From: an uncultured virus (IMG/VR IMGVR_UViG_3300037808_001064)
Lineage: Duplodnaviria; Heunggongvirae; Uroviricota; Caudoviricetes
Reading direction: 5' to 3' (one strand)
Length of the DNA: 64,000 nucleotides
IMG/VR virus record: IMGVR_UViG_3300037808_001064
The notes under the pieces are model-generated. The model saw only the letters and a list, made by a program, of their open reading frames with translations. It ran no database searches and was not told the origin of the DNA. The stretch's first letter is position 1, and the number at the start of each line of letters is the position of its first letter. A program made the position numbers and the translations under genes. Positions 11,059 to 21,156 of the stretch are shown here, in pieces.

Positions 11059-11907
11059 GGTTCACCTCGTTCTCGTCTATGAATTTGCCCCATTCCGGCC
11101 AGACCGTTTTAACCCAATAGCCCGGCTTATAGAGGCGAGTGTTGTTATTAAGAAACAAACAATCTGTTTCCTGTGGAACGCACATTTTTCCCGGCCATGA
11201 TTCTGTGCCTGCAAACCACTGATCCACGTCCTGCCATTCTCGCTTGCCGAGCTCTGCCAAACGCCACCAGTAGAACGTGCCGGAGTAGGCCCAGTTTTTC
11301 CACACTCCCAGCAGGCCAAACTCACGGAAGCTACCCGTCATCAGTGACGTTTCCAGTTGCTGCTCAACCAGCGGCCAGTAATCGAGACAGCTCTGATACA
11401 TGAGCCGCGTCCAGTTTCGAGTGAATGAACCATCCTCATACTGAGCACCTTTAGCATGCGCCGAAAACACCACCTCGTTATCAGCCGCTGCTGAAGGAGC
11501 GAGTATTTCCAGCATTGGAATCCACGTTACCGTTTCTCTCAGTCGTGGATTGTTTCTCATGGCCACAACTTGGTCGAATGTCATCCCGTGCTCAGCCGCG
11601 AACTGCACCACCGCATCAGCCGATTCGGTCTTGTTGTCAGTAACAACTCCGAGGATTCGCTGCCCGTTGAACACCTCCCAGCGTTTACTTAATTCCTTGA
11701 GATTCCACTTCCAGCAGTCAGACACGGTCGTGGGCCAAATGTGATATGTAAGATGCCTGATCTCTGATACGAACGGCCCCAGACTGAATTTCGATTCCTC
11801 GTCCGGCTGGCCACGCCACCCGGTATACGGTCCGACCTGTTTGGGACTGGAACGCCGCCTACGTCCCCCTGCCGCAACCGCACCCCCCGGTCGACGATGC
11901 CCCCTCT
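11048..11907 (-). CDS. Putative glycosyltransferase-like domain; frame is open up to the A10 run, probably reached by a -1 slip from the upstream ORF
   Basis: HAKG and YSGTFYW motifs; frame open from about 11940 with no ATG/GTG/TTG until 11725; RHLTYHIWP lies upstream of the track's GTG start. Confidence 0.55.
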
Positions 11908-12405
11908 TTTTTTTTTCTGAACGACTGGCAGCGCACCGGCCTCAATCGCTTCGTCGAACCATCCGCCGATGATGTCCTTGCCGACGTTAAATTTTCCAGC
12001 GGTGGAGACAGACAGCGCCTTGTCGGCCAGCAGCTTTATCTTGTCCTGCCAGCTGGCATGTCCCCAGGCCCGGCTGTAAATGCCGTTCACAACCCTCTCT
12101 CGCTCGCCTTTGGCCTCTTCTACTGTCATCAGGCTCAGGGCGTTGATCTCATTCTCGCACGCCTCACAGGGGACTTTGTGCCCCGTCTCGCGCACGATCA
12201 CCGCGTGCAGCTTCGCACCGACAGACGACTTGTGCTCCGGCAACGTCGTCCATGTCTGGCCGTTGTTAGTGAGCGGTGGCAGCTCGTAGCCCTGCGCCGC
12301 CCATCGTTCACGGTACGCCAGCACCTTCTCAGGCGACAGATCGGTTTCACCCTTTGCTGTTGCTATGCGGCCAGCGCCGGTTAATGGTTTCAGTGTTGTG
12401 CTCAT
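11689..12405 (-). CDS. Hypothetical protein with CxxC, N-terminal part of the putative frameshift fusion
   Basis: ATG 12405 overlaps the upstream TGA; contains the A10 run (KKK). Confidence 0.65.
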   Translation of the reverse strand: MSTTLKPLTGAGRIATAKGETDLSPEKVLAYRERWAAQGYELPPLTNNGQTWTTLPEHKSSVGAKLHAVIVRETGHKVPCEACENEINALSLMTVEEAKGERERVVNGIYSRAWGHASWQDKIKLLADKALSVSTAGKFNVGKDIIGGWFDEAIEAGALPVVQKKKRGGIVDRGVRLRQGDVGGVPVPNRSDRIPGGVASRTRNRNSVWGRSYQRSGILHITFGPRPCLTAGSGISRN

Positions 12406-13796
12406 GCTTCTATCACCACTGCTTGCATTTCTGCGGGTGTTATTCCACCGATACAAATCCCGGACGGAAACATGTCGCCAGGGGAGCCGTCCTGAAAAGT
12501 CAACTCAAACGGGTCACATTCAGACGCAACGGCCGTCATGGTCGTGCTCGCATACTCCGAACAGGAAATAGGCTCTCCCGGCTTTGCTGCCTGAATACAG
12601 TTTTCATACCACGAAATGGCCAGCGTCCACACGTTTGCCGAACACGTCACGGTGACGTGCCACATGAACGGGTTGCCCGTCGGGCCAGCGCACGGCCACG
12701 ACATGAGCCCTGACACCCACATTGATTCGTCATTGCCTAGCCCTATCAGTGGACCGCCGTAAAGCAGCACAGTGACCGCTGCACATGAGCAGTCATCGCC
12801 CGGCCCCATAGTGAACGGCCCCGGCGCGATCTGAATAAAATCAACAGACAGCGTCTCAGAAAGAACAACGTCCGGACAGCACTCACTGTTGATTCCGCCG
12901 CAGGTGTCGCATCTCGCACACCGGACGGAAAACAGAATGTCGTCGTAACCGACCGTTTCTGTCCAGCTGGCCGACAGACTAAGACAGTCTGACACCGCCA
13001 CCGCCGGCAGTGTCACATCGAATTCCACCGGCGTTATCGTGCCGCTGGCCGTGCCCGACATCTCACAGCCGTCCGTGTAGTCGTTGCGACTCAGCGTGAA
13101 CTCACCAGCAACCGTGGTCCCATTGTCCGGGCAGTCGATATCACCGCCCCAGCGTGCAAGCGTTACACGGCCGTCTGCGCAGGTCTCGCCCGTGAATGGA
13201 ATGATCCCGGTACACACCTCGCCCGTCGTTTGATTCGTTGCCGTAAAACACAACGCCGGACAGGTGCAAAAACAATCGTCACCACAGAACGGCCGGGCAC
13301 ATGCTTCTCCGGCGTACCCCTCGTCACCAAGCCGTTTCGCGACTTCCAGATCGTCGCCGCGAGTCCAGGCGAACGTGCCGGTTTCGTAGCCGTTGACGTA
13401 TTCTACCTCACCGTCGAAATTGCGGCAGGTCACATCCGCTTCCGGGTATTCATTACACCCCAGAGTCTTAGACCAGACAGCCACACCATTCAGTTCAACT
13501 GTAATTACACACTCGCCGTATTCGTCTTCTGCCCAGTACGCATAGAAGGTAATGCCGCCGGCCGATCCGTTCCATTCCCCATCAACGATGCTGATGGCTT
13601 TCCCGTAATCCACATCGGGCAGACTGTCAGCGTCATCACCATCCGGCGTCGTCCACGTCAGACAGAGGTCGCACGGCTGAACACGACAGCAGTCACACCC
13701 CGGCGTGAGGCGCTCATTGCATCGCAATACAGGTTCCTGGTCCTGCTGGAATTTTCGCGTACCGAACCCCAGCATTTTGAACGCATTGAGAGGCAT
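12402..13796 (-). CDS. Cys-rich acidic tail-tip / fibre-like protein
   Basis: Many CC/CxC motifs, beta-rich, in the tail module; ATG overlaps the upstream stop. Confidence 0.6.
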   Translation of the reverse strand: MPLNAFKMLGFGTRKFQQDQEPVLRCNERLTPGCDCCRVQPCDLCLTWTTPDGDDADSLPDVDYGKAISIVDGEWNGSAGGITFYAYWAEDEYGECVITVELNGVAVWSKTLGCNEYPEADVTCRNFDGEVEYVNGYETGTFAWTRGDDLEVAKRLGDEGYAGEACARPFCGDDCFCTCPALCFTATNQTTGEVCTGIIPFTGETCADGRVTLARWGGDIDCPDNGTTVAGEFTLSRNDYTDGCEMSGTASGTITPVEFDVTLPAVAVSDCLSLSASWTETVGYDDILFSVRCARCDTCGGINSECCPDVVLSETLSVDFIQIAPGPFTMGPGDDCSCAAVTVLLYGGPLIGLGNDESMWVSGLMSWPCAGPTGNPFMWHVTVTCSANVWTLAISWYENCIQAAKPGEPISCSEYASTTMTAVASECDPFELTFQDGSPGDMFPSGICIGGITPAEMQAVVIEA

Positions 13797-14449
13797 CAGC
13801 AGCCCCCAATCCATTCGACCATCAGCAGCTCCCAATGGGCATCGCAGCCGGGATAGGTATGCCAGCGGATCGCCATCGCCCGGGCTCCGATCAGTTCCGT
13901 CTCGGTCAGCTCAGAGATGAAGCCGAAATAATCTTCGATTTCGTACAGCCCCGAATAGCCGTCGATTCCGGACGGGGTATCACAGCCGGTAAACCGCTTG
14001 ATATTCGCGTCGTCGGTGTACACGAGGCCGTTGACGCAATCGGCATCTGTGATAATGAAGGCCATCTGCTCAACACCGCCACCACCTGACCCCTGCCTCA
14101 GCACCGGAGTCAACCCATCCGCACCGAGATCGCCAATGACCTCAAAACCGGTCCCATCCGCGTCCATCGTCCAACTGCCACTGGCAGGCCCAACGGTGTC
14201 CCCGAACGATGCACCAGCATCAACCAATGCCCGGGTTATTCGCCCCGGATCGTCAACAAAGAAAGTCTTTCCTGTCAAAGTGGGGATAGGACCATTGATG
14301 AAGTAGAAATTGGTTCCACCTTCCGGCTTGATTGCGGTGTACTGGATCTCAGCCTTTGAGGAAGCAGCGGCATTGACCTCGGACAGCCTGACGCATCCGC
14401 CGGCCGGTATCGTTCCAGCATCGGTATTAAGGCACAGGAGGCGTGTCAC
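13796..14449 (-). CDS. Putative tail-tip protein, 217 aa
   Basis: Coupled ORF in the tail module, with a Gly linker. Confidence 0.55.
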   Translation of the reverse strand: MTRLLCLNTDAGTIPAGGCVRLSEVNAAASSKAEIQYTAIKPEGGTNFYFINGPIPTLTGKTFFVDDPGRITRALVDAGASFGDTVGPASGSWTMDADGTGFEVIGDLGADGLTPVLRQGSGGGGVEQMAFIITDADCVNGLVYTDDANIKRFTGCDTPSGIDGYSGLYEIEDYFGFISELTETELIGARAMAIRWHTYPGCDAHWELLMVEWIGGC

Positions 14450-16124
14450 TGACTGACTCCTTTATCACTTTTTTCTTCAGCAACTGAAGGACTTCTTTTG
14501 ACTCTTCTGTCGCGCGGATGCGTCGTTTTTCGATGTATGTCTTAGCCCCGGTGTCCCACTCCATGTGCTGACCGGCCACCGTGATGGCCCCATGCCCCGT
14601 GTCGCTGATGATATGGGTGACCTGATGGATCTTGCCTGTGGGCTTGATGGTGGGCTTCAGCTGGTTGTAGTGGATCACATAGCTCTCATACGCCACCAGT
14701 CCCGCAGCATAGTCACTGACGATCTCGGCAGCCAGGGCATCCAGCTCAGGGTTGTTGTCAGAGTAGCTCACGTAATCGTGAGTGGCATTGTATTCCCCAA
14801 TCACGACTCTCTGTTCCTGAGCGCAGATGGTGATTGTTCCCGTACCGGAAGCTGACAGCTCGATCGTCTTCTCGTACGAGTCTTTCTCCCAGGTGGTCTT
14901 GTTTCGAACATGGTGAGCGACCTCAATGACGATGTCCGGATCCACATTGGAACCGCCACTCACGTCTCTCATGATCTTGTTGAACTTCATGATCCCGTTT
15001 GATGGATCAATGGTATGTCTGACCGGCAGTTCTTCACCACGAGTGGGATTTGTCCCTGGAGCTACCGCGGCAAAGTAGTCTTCACTGTCCTCATCGATGT
15101 AGACAAAGCCCCAGATGCCTGCTGGGAGCTTCTGAGTGTTTTCCCCGGAACTGTACCGAGCTGCGCGGTTGTGGCTGATGGGAAGGATCTGGAACCGCTC
15201 ATCGACCACTGCTGAGCTGGTTGCTGGGTGGAGGTAGCCGGGAATCCTTGTCGCCAACTGGTATGGCCCGTCAACAATTCGGAACCACTTCCACACAGTC
15301 ATGCGTGCCAGCTGTATCTGTTCATCAGTGGTGAGGTCTTCGAAGAACTCGGTATTCGCATAAGCGGCCCACGTCTCTGTGGGTGCGTAGCTCAAACTGT
15401 CGATCGGAAGGATCTCGTGATTGTTCGCCAGCGTCTCCATCCCCACTGGCTCAGTGTCAAACCGAGTCTGGTAAATGGTGGGGCCGAACCTGACCTGAAT
15501 GTACCGCGGAACTTCTGGCGGATTCCATGAGACAGAGATGCGGCTGACAGTGGAGTCGTTTGGAAGTGCGGTCCCATTGTTGACTGGCACCACAGTAACC
15601 ACGTCTGTGTCGTACCCGAGGATTACGCGACACCCCAGAGTCTGGCACAGGTCATCAATCACGTCGACAACATCAACACACTCAACAGCTACTTCGGGTC
15701 GACTGGTGTTGGGTACCAGGCTGACATCAGCAGTAGGCTCACCAATAAGATCGAACAAAGCAGACAGAATATCACGAGGAGCTTTCTCAGTGATCGGCCT
15801 GTAGCCTTTGTTGTCCGGTCGCGATTCGTTGAAGTGGATCGACACTTTCTCGTAATGTCTCCATCGCCACCTCCGGTCGAAAAGTATTGCACGTTCGATG
15901 AACCCCTGCTCGTTAAAGGAGAAAATGCCCTGGTCGACCTTGCAGCCCGGAAGGATGACATCGCTGCCGTTGTACGAAAGAGTGACCGTACCGCCAGTGG
16001 CTATGTTCGCTGTCTGTGCAGTGAACTTCAGCTCGATGCGATCCGGATCCGTTCCGTGAGACTGAGAATAGATCCCCGACTTCGGATCCACGATTCCTGA
16101 GAATGTGTACGTGCCCTGGGGCAT
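14427..16124 (-). CDS. Putative baseplate hub / tail protein, 565 aa
   Basis: Position and size; DRRWRW and DDLCQTLGC pattern of hub-like proteins. Confidence 0.55.
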   Translation of the reverse strand: MPQGTYTFSGIVDPKSGIYSQSHGTDPDRIELKFTAQTANIATGGTVTLSYNGSDVILPGCKVDQGIFSFNEQGFIERAILFDRRWRWRHYEKVSIHFNESRPDNKGYRPITEKAPRDILSALFDLIGEPTADVSLVPNTSRPEVAVECVDVVDVIDDLCQTLGCRVILGYDTDVVTVVPVNNGTALPNDSTVSRISVSWNPPEVPRYIQVRFGPTIYQTRFDTEPVGMETLANNHEILPIDSLSYAPTETWAAYANTEFFEDLTTDEQIQLARMTVWKWFRIVDGPYQLATRIPGYLHPATSSAVVDERFQILPISHNRAARYSSGENTQKLPAGIWGFVYIDEDSEDYFAAVAPGTNPTRGEELPVRHTIDPSNGIMKFNKIMRDVSGGSNVDPDIVIEVAHHVRNKTTWEKDSYEKTIELSASGTGTITICAQEQRVVIGEYNATHDYVSYSDNNPELDALAAEIVSDYAAGLVAYESYVIHYNQLKPTIKPTGKIHQVTHIISDTGHGAITVAGQHMEWDTGAKTYIEKRRIRATEESKEVLQLLKKKVIKESVSDTPPVP

Positions 16125-16882
16125 CAGAGGGTTACCTGTGTTGGGTATGGCGTGCCGGCGATCGTGCTCTCAAGAACGTACCTGTAATTGGTTCGGTACA
16201 GTTCCTGCTTCTGTGTGTTGTTGTTCTTTCGAATGTCTTCAGGCGAAACATCCTCAAGGATTCTCTGTTCGAACTTTTCGTTACCCAGCGCAGTGAGTGC
16301 GGCCGGCGGGTTCAGGTACTGTCCGCGACCAATGACGTACCCCTCCTGAATGTACCGGACTGGTGAATAGACTCTGAGAGTCTGCAAGACGGGAACTCCC
16401 GTGAGACTACCCATGTACTTTGTGACAGGACCACCAGTTCCGATACGGGTAACCTTCTCTCGGTACGCGTAGAGGCTACCTCCACCACCACTGCGAAAGT
16501 CTGCTGTCAGTATGGCCTCGAAGGTTCTCTTGTTCGCGTTGCCTACTCCGTACTCAGTCTGCATATCCCAGCTGCCTTTGGGGTAGCCGAAGTGTGCGAC
16601 CTGAACACCAGAGAACGTGTTGGCGCTGGTGGTGACGTGTGCTGTGTTTGCAGGAGTGTTGTCCTTGAGAGTGATGTCCCCAAAGTCAGTCCCGTATGCC
16701 GCCTCAAGAGCAGTCAAGGCTGTGGTTAGAGCTGCTTGAGTTGCTGCCTGGACAACGCCAGCCACATGCCACGTTTGGACATCGCCCATCCTGCGATGGA
16801 ATCGATCATAGATTGTGCGGTAGTAGATCCGGAGCCCTACCGAGTTCGTGGCGTGTGAATGTGATCCGTAGATGAACTGCAT
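16124..16882 (-). CDS. Putative distal tail protein, 252 aa
   Basis: Coupled ORF, beta-rich; ALTALEAAY helix seen in Dit-like proteins. Confidence 0.5.
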   Translation of the reverse strand: MQFIYGSHSHATNSVGLRIYYRTIYDRFHRRMGDVQTWHVAGVVQAATQAALTTALTALEAAYGTDFGDITLKDNTPANTAHVTTSANTFSGVQVAHFGYPKGSWDMQTEYGVGNANKRTFEAILTADFRSGGGGSLYAYREKVTRIGTGGPVTKYMGSLTGVPVLQTLRVYSPVRYIQEGYVIGRGQYLNPPAALTALGNEKFEQRILEDVSPEDIRKNNNTQKQELYRTNYRYVLESTIAGTPYPTQVTL

Positions 16883-17661
16883 TACTGATCCCGTTTCCGA
16901 CCACTGAACGAGGCCATGAATGGAAGGTTCGACAGCGAAACATCCGTCTCGTCCATGGAACTCAGGGTATCGCTAAGATTGGCAAAATCCGGCAACGGGG
17001 TGTCTCTTTCATCTGTGGAGAAGCTGATCTCCTTCTGGTGTTCCACTGAGTTGTTCAGCGAGTGACCGATCTCATCCTTTATCCCGATCGGTATGATCTC
17101 CAGCATCGCAGACGACTCTTGCATTTGGATGTTGGTCTGAACCGCCTCGTCGTCCCGGAAGATGTTCTGGATCGCGGCAGCCTCCCCGAAGTCATCAAAG
17201 TTTGCCTCCGGACTGGCCGGCTCAGAGTCATCGTCTACGGCGAACTCTGGTGCAGCGGTTTCGTTATCGTCCTCAATTGATCTGGCTGGGTCAGCTTCTT
17301 CTGAATCAAATTCTGGTATTCGTTCATGAGCTGCTGCCTCTTCATTAGATTCTGCAGGTTCGAGATGCACTGCTGGATGTTCAGACTGCTCTGTGAGTAC
17401 TTCGACATCAGCTTCCTCCTGATTGCTTTCAGAATTGCTTTCCACTGCGGCTGCTTCCGGCTCATCCGGTTTGCGGCCCAGTTCCTTCTCAGCGGCTCTC
17501 GCGAGCGGGCTGTCTCCTGACTCCCGGCCGACGCTCTTCGCCACTGCCGTATCCATGGCAACAGCGTCTTCTCGCTGCGTCACGTCAAGCGGATCATTCG
17601 GGTCTGCCGGCTTGGCGGCTGCTTCCGAGTACTCCTGGATAAAGGTTTCTAAGGCATCCAT
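16882..17661 (-). CDS. Highly acidic protein, 259 aa, at the usual tape-measure position
   Basis: E/D-rich ORF between the chaperone-like gene and the distal tail gene. Confidence 0.55.
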   Translation of the reverse strand: MDALETFIQEYSEAAAKPADPNDPLDVTQREDAVAMDTAVAKSVGRESGDSPLARAAEKELGRKPDEPEAAAVESNSESNQEEADVEVLTEQSEHPAVHLEPAESNEEAAAHERIPEFDSEEADPARSIEDDNETAAPEFAVDDDSEPASPEANFDDFGEAAAIQNIFRDDEAVQTNIQMQESSAMLEIIPIGIKDEIGHSLNNSVEHQKEISFSTDERDTPLPDFANLSDTLSSMDETDVSLSNLPFMASFSGRKRDQ

Positions 17662-18292
17662 CTTGTGTGATCCAGTTGAGCATTTTCCAATTCCACCGCA
17701 TCACTGGGCATTCAGGCAGTGGCATTCCGGCCAATCTGTAATCCCAGTAGTGACTCCACGCTAGTCTGTTTTTTTCGCTGAGTGCTTTTGGTTTGTCGAC
17801 AGTGCCACGCGGGCATCCACCTGGTGCCTCGCATAGCAGCTCGTGATGGGGCTCACGTAGGATAGTGAATCCACCAGCACGTTTATAGACCTCCCACTTG
17901 TTGTGGTCGGTGATGTACCTCCGGCAAGTGTCACAATCGTAATCGGCTGCCTTCGGGTTGTCGACTTGCAGCTTTGCTCCGTAAATAAGGTTGTCACGGT
18001 CCTCTTTCTCTGTGGGATTCTCCATGACGGCCTGCCACATCGCCTTCTGCTCTTCGAGTGGAAGGTCTGCGTACCAGAACCCATCATCAATAACCCATGG
18101 CTCGACAAAAACAGCATCGATGGCCCAGCCGGGCCCCTGTCCAAGAGTTGCCTGTATGACATCTGAGGCAAGGGCTCGCGGCATGGAGCGAACGAGGCGT
18201 CCTTCTACCTCGAACGTATAGCCATCATTCAGCTGAGGAGGAATCTTCCGAGACGAAGGGGCTTTCAGATTCTCCTGTGACGACAACGTCAT
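17594..18292 (-). CDS. Putative tail assembly chaperone-like protein with Cys motifs
   Basis: GAGGA SD before ATG 18292; CxxC and CP motifs; lies downstream of the tail tube gene. Confidence 0.5.
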   Translation of the reverse strand: MTLSSQENLKAPSSRKIPPQLNDGYTFEVEGRLVRSMPRALASDVIQATLGQGPGWAIDAVFVEPWVIDDGFWYADLPLEEQKAMWQAVMENPTEKEDRDNLIYGAKLQVDNPKAADYDCDTCRRYITDHNKWEVYKRAGGFTILREPHHELLCEAPGGCPRGTVDKPKALSEKNRLAWSHYWDYRLAGMPLPECPVMRWNWKMLNWITQDGCLRNLYPGVLGSSRQAGRPE

Positions 18293-18536
18293 CTTTCGGT
18301 TCCTCGACTACAAGATCCTCGGGGGCATCGGTAGTTCCCGATCCGCCCACGATAGCATCTGAGGTCGTGACTGTCGTCTCCTCGGTGGCAGGAAGCCGAG
18401 CTTTGAGTCGTTCCACCCTCTGTATGGCCTGCCTGACGCGAGTCCTGGTGAGGTTCAGGTCACCATGGCCATCGTCTTCGAGAGTTTCAATTTCGGCAGC
18501 AGTCTGATTCAATAGGTCTTCAAGTTTATCGTACAA
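18225..18536 (-). CDS. Hypothetical acidic coiled-coil protein, 103 aa
   Basis: AAGGAG SD with TTG start. Confidence 0.6.
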   Translation of the reverse strand: MYDKLEDLLNQTAAEIETLEDDGHGDLNLTRTRVRQAIQRVERLKARLPATEETTVTTSDAIVGGSGTTDAPEDLVVEEPKDDVVVTGESESPFVSEDSSSAE

Positions 18537-18548
18537 AACAATTCTCCT

Positions 18549-19472
18549 TTAAGCAGCATTAACATGAGTGAACGTGAACGCATTCGGAGGCGTGTTGTCG
18601 GTGTCGTTAGCGGCCTGCCACGTAAGTGGAAGACGGATCTCAGACAACTTGCTTACGATGTCCGGAGACTTCGAAACAAACTGACTGTACTTAGCGTCAA
18701 ACGTAAGCGTGTCCTGGCTGGTTGCCCCTGACACTATCGCAAGTTGGACCCACCGGTCAGTCTGGGTGTCCCTGTTGTCCCAGTATATCGCCTTTGATGT
18801 TGAGAGGTATGGGACGCTGACAGCGAGGAACGTCTCCTGAACGGTAACAACCGCGTCGGTCAAAGACGTACTGTTGTTCCACTGCTTGAATAAATTCAGA
18901 TCACTAACAATAGCAAAGCGATCCACCGGGTACGCGACAAGAGGGCCAGCAGTGGGGCCATACTTGAAAGTGGAGTCTGGGAAGGTGTAGATGGAACTCA
19001 GGGTTGCCGCTGGCGTGTAAGTTGTGGCTCCATTGTCTACTTCAGTGGCTGCGACACAGTCCAGCTGAAGAACCGCAGGCATGCTACCACGCTGACCACG
19101 GATTGCCCATCGGCCGATTCGACAGGTTGTGTATTTATGATTGGCCGCCACCTTGTTGACGATAACGTCAAACGTGGTAACCGACTCGTTACTTGTATAC
19201 ACGTTGGCCGCAGGAGCACCTACGCTCATGTGCGGAAGACAAGTGTCAAGCACCTCCGCCGTGAGGTCCAGCAGGATAGTGAACGCAACCATCTCACGGC
19301 CGGGCTGAATTAAATGGCTTGGTTGATGTGCCACGCCACAGATGGAGCCCTTGTTGTTTTGGACTTTCTCGACGGTCGTTTTGTCGATGAACTTACCGAA
19401 GCAGAAAGCGGTTCCGTCAATTGAAATTTCGGCATCAACTGCAACGGAAATGGTAGAGGTTGAAGATGTCAT
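18549..19472 (-). CDS. Putative tail tube protein
   Basis: 307 aa, Thr/Ser/Val-rich beta protein after the neck genes. Confidence 0.6.
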   Translation of the reverse strand: MTSSTSTISVAVDAEISIDGTAFCFGKFIDKTTVEKVQNNKGSICGVAHQPSHLIQPGREMVAFTILLDLTAEVLDTCLPHMSVGAPAANVYTSNESVTTFDVIVNKVAANHKYTTCRIGRWAIRGQRGSMPAVLQLDCVAATEVDNGATTYTPAATLSSIYTFPDSTFKYGPTAGPLVAYPVDRFAIVSDLNLFKQWNNSTSLTDAVVTVQETFLAVSVPYLSTSKAIYWDNRDTQTDRWVQLAIVSGATSQDTLTFDAKYSQFVSKSPDIVSKLSEIRLPLTWQAANDTDNTPPNAFTFTHVNAA

Positions 19473-19993
19473 TCGCGGGGCTCCCGTACGTATGCCGTGA
19501 CCTCAAGACCCGCCCGCATCTGAGCATGGACGCGATAGTCCCTCTCGTTTGCTGGTGTGACTCCAGAGATGTGAATCAAGTAAATGTCGGCAACGCTGGG
19601 AGACAGTTCCGCTCGGTATGGATTTGCCTGGAGTTCTTTCCGGATCGCGCTCAGCCAGAAAGAGTATGTCTTCTTTCGATTCGTGTTCAGTTTAGGGACA
19701 TCGTCAACAAGCTGAATCAGCTGCCGATACACGATGTCGTCATGTTGGTTCTGGCCGGCAGACACTGGAGCCTTGAATCCAATGTCCGTGATAATCAATG
19801 CTGGCCGAGGTATGTTCCGTTCTCCCTCCTTGCTGTCAACATCACTGTCGCCAGTTGTGTCCCGAGTGAGGACGTTATTCTCATTGATCGGCCGGCAAGC
19901 CTCACCTTCCTGCGCAATGAGTTCCTTATTCTTTGCCATGTTCCGCAAAGTCGTATAAGTGACGTTCTCGATGACGTAGGCTGCGGATGTCAT
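19469..19993 (-). CDS. Putative tail terminator / neck protein
   Basis: Position directly before the tail tube; RPALII motif. Confidence 0.5.
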   Translation of the reverse strand: MTSAAYVIENVTYTTLRNMAKNKELIAQEGEACRPINENNVLTRDTTGDSDVDSKEGERNIPRPALIITDIGFKAPVSAGQNQHDDIVYRQLIQLVDDVPKLNTNRKKTYSFWLSAIRKELQANPYRAELSPSVADIYLIHISGVTPANERDYRVHAQMRAGLEVTAYVREPRE

Positions 19994-21156
19994 GTGGTGA
20001 CTGAGGCGATATCGCCAACTCGGTATGGGTAATTATTGGGGATGACGCCTGACATTGGCTTCAGTTTTCGTGAGTCGTCCATCTGGGCCTCGACCAAGGC
20101 CTTCATCATCCAGTGATCTGACAGCTGTAGCGTCTTGGTGTCGATGTCCGCAATCTTAGCATATTCGTTCTCACAGAGCCGCAGCATGAATGTCGTCATG
20201 ACGCCAGCATCAACATCGATCAGCTGAGAGATTGACCAGCCGTTGTCTGTGACGGTGTCGACCGAGTCTGACAAAGTCGCATCGTTCCCGCTGACGGCCA
20301 CAATGACTCGCTCCTGCGAAAACGCGTTCAATCCCCATTCCTGACTGCCGTCGTCCATGCGGCCGATCTGGCTGGTGGGAGTCGTGTCGTCAGAGCTGAT
20401 CCTCAGAACGCAGCCAACGTGGTCCGACGTGAGCTTGCCGGCAGGGAACGTCGCGACCTGTCCAACGGCCGACAAGCTGATCCCCTTGTCGTGCATTGTC
20501 CGCAAGGGGTTATGTCTTGCGTCGTACATGATCTTCACGCTTCTGTCAGCGTAGACCGAGGTTGGGAACCACAGCTCCCACAGCCCCGGATTGTGCTGAG
20601 ACGGGAACATCGTGTACGTCGTGGGGTACGTTTGCGCGTTGAAGTTGTCGATCAGGAACATCGTCGTACGGACATCGATCTGCGTCAGCGGGTGAGGGCT
20701 GGCAGGATCAATAATTTCGGTGATATCTCCCACTTCAAAGCTCAGCGGATATCGATGCTGAGCCCACTCATACGACGTGCCTGCTACGACATCCGCCCCC
20801 GGATTGAAATTCTCAGCCAGCACGAGTTCCGTTGAGGACTCTCGGTACTCGATGTGATACCTGACATTATCGATCGTCAGGTCGCCGTACTGAGCGTCTG
20901 TTGGCCACGTTGCCCCAGCCAGCGTGACGGTCCTCGTGGCGTGAGTGTACGTGATGGTCCCTGTGCTCTCCGTACCGACCACATGAAGCAGCTCGAACCG
21001 CCGAAAGTAATTCCAATCGTGCATCGCGAACAACCGCCTGTACGCCTCCCTGACGGCCACCATGGCGTGCGCCAGAGGCTGCCCGGTGGGAGTGAGCGAG
21101 TATCTCAGCGTGAGATGCTGAACCAGATCATCGTATGTGGTGAAATCGGTGGTCAT
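19990..21156 (-). CDS. Head-tail adaptor-like protein
   Basis: N-terminal T.DDL...L and HDWNY pattern, LWFPT motif; follows the portal. Confidence 0.6.
   Translation of the reverse strand: MTTDFTTYDDLVQHLTLRYSLTPTGQPLAHAMVAVREAYRRLFAMHDWNYFRRFELLHVVGTESTGTITYTHATRTVTLAGATWPTDAQYGDLTIDNVRYHIEYRESSTELVLAENFNPGADVVAGTSYEWAQHRYPLSFEVGDITEIIDPASPHPLTQIDVRTTMFLIDNFNAQTYPTTYTMFPSQHNPGLWELWFPTSVYADRSVKIMYDARHNPLRTMHDKGISLSAVGQVATFPAGKLTSDHVGCVLRISSDDTTPTSQIGRMDDGSQEWGLNAFSQERVIVAVSGNDATLSDSVDTVTDNGWSISQLIDVDAGVMTTFMLRLCENEYAKIADIDTKTLQLSDHWMMKALVEAQMDDSRKLKPMSGVIPNNYPYRVGDIASVTT

Noticed and set aside
17594..18536. Programmed tail-chaperone frameshift between 18225-18536 and 17594-18292
   Set aside because: Frame relation is +1, no slippery heptamer was seen, and the second ORF has its own SD and ATG
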